This document shows positions 47,193-47,508 of a stretch of DNA of 47,508 nucleotides, piece by piece. Origin of the DNA: Candidatus Thorarchaeota archaeon (GTDB taxonomy: Archaea > Asgardarchaeota > Thorarchaeia > Thorarchaeales > Thorarchaeaceae). The stretch covers positions 1 through 47,508 of the forward strand of contig JAEOUG010000060.1 of NCBI GenBank assembly GCA_016839445.1. The letters are read 5' to 3'. The stretch's first letter is position 1, and every line of letters begins with the position of its first letter. The notes beneath the pieces were generated by a model that did not search any database, had not been told where the DNA came from, and saw only the letters and a program-made list of their open reading frames with translations. The translations under genes and the position numbers were made by a program.

Positions 47193-47226
47193 TTTTATCA
47201 TCCGGCTGCATGCCATCTGCCCTGTT

Positions 47227-47508
47227 ATGAGCCGCAGGACTAGATCATCAGCATCTCTGAAGTCCCTTGTTAAGAAATCGAATGAGATCGAAACCACGCT
47301 GGCCAGACAGGTTCTTGTTCAGTCCTCTCCGGAACCAGCCGCTCTCCTAGCCAGCGCTGTTCTATGCAGATCACTAAAGCGAGCTGGTCATCTCTTCCAC
47401 TTCTCGACCTCCACCCCTCTTCTAGATACTGACGTTGTCAATGAATTGAAGGAGCAGCACGACAAGAAATCATTGCTCTTCGTGGGAGTCTATCTCCACG
47501 GCAAGAAG
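47227..47508 (+). CDS. 5' part of a degenerate DHH/RecJ-like protein (runs off the window)
   Basis: MSRRTRSS...VLVQSSPEPAALLASAVLCRSLKRAGHLFHFS...LLFVG follows the DHH N-terminal pattern but lacks DxDG. rps15 followed by a RecJ-like gene is a common archaeal gene order. Confidence 0.5.
   Translation, partial: MSRRTRSSASLKSLVKKSNEIETTLARQVLVQSSPEPAALLASAVLCRSLKRAGHLFHFSTSTPLLDTDVVNELKEQHDKKSLLFVGVYLHGKK

Noticed and set aside
1-47508. CRISPR array, rRNA, IS elements, inteins
   Set aside because: No regularly spaced repeats, rRNA-like stretches or transposase motifs were seen. MCM, RFC, Cdc6 and Hel308 have intein-free lengths.

Overview
Archaeal chromosomal segment of about 50% GC. It is most consistent with an Asgard archaeon, probably Thorarchaeia-like; this is inferred from Rpo8, the gins23-mcm order, roadblock/MglA-type GTPase genes and Ig-like surface proteins. 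Most of the window is housekeeping: glmS, rps10, isopentenyl phosphate kinase, rpo8, an orphan korA, a replication cluster (cdc6, rfcS/L, gins, mcm, hel308), truA, trm11, a GPN GTPase, pyrG, nurA-herA, Lsm, kae1-bud32 and rps15. Five things stand out. (1) A three-gene operon encodes a tandem-roadblock protein, a DENN/folliculin-like protein and an MglA-type small GTPase, resembling a minimal Rag/Ragulator/FLCN-like switch. (2) A dispersed set of envelope genes may form a Ups/Ced-like pilus and DNA-transfer system: a VirB2-like pilin, a membrane VirB4/HerA-like ATPase, two Ig-like surface proteins, and a divergent TFB followed by a TadA/VirB11 ATPase and an Flp-like prepilin. (3) All three tRNA genes carry BHB introns, at positions 10/11, 53/54 and 37/38. 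(4) An unannotated structured RNA with two predicted K-turns and its own TATA-like box lies between tRNA-Gly and cdc6, flanked by a 10-bp direct repeat. (5) An ArsR-family gene missed by the ORF track appears to start at CTG. No CRISPR array, rRNA, transposase or integrase was seen. All calls come from motif recognition by eye, without database searches.
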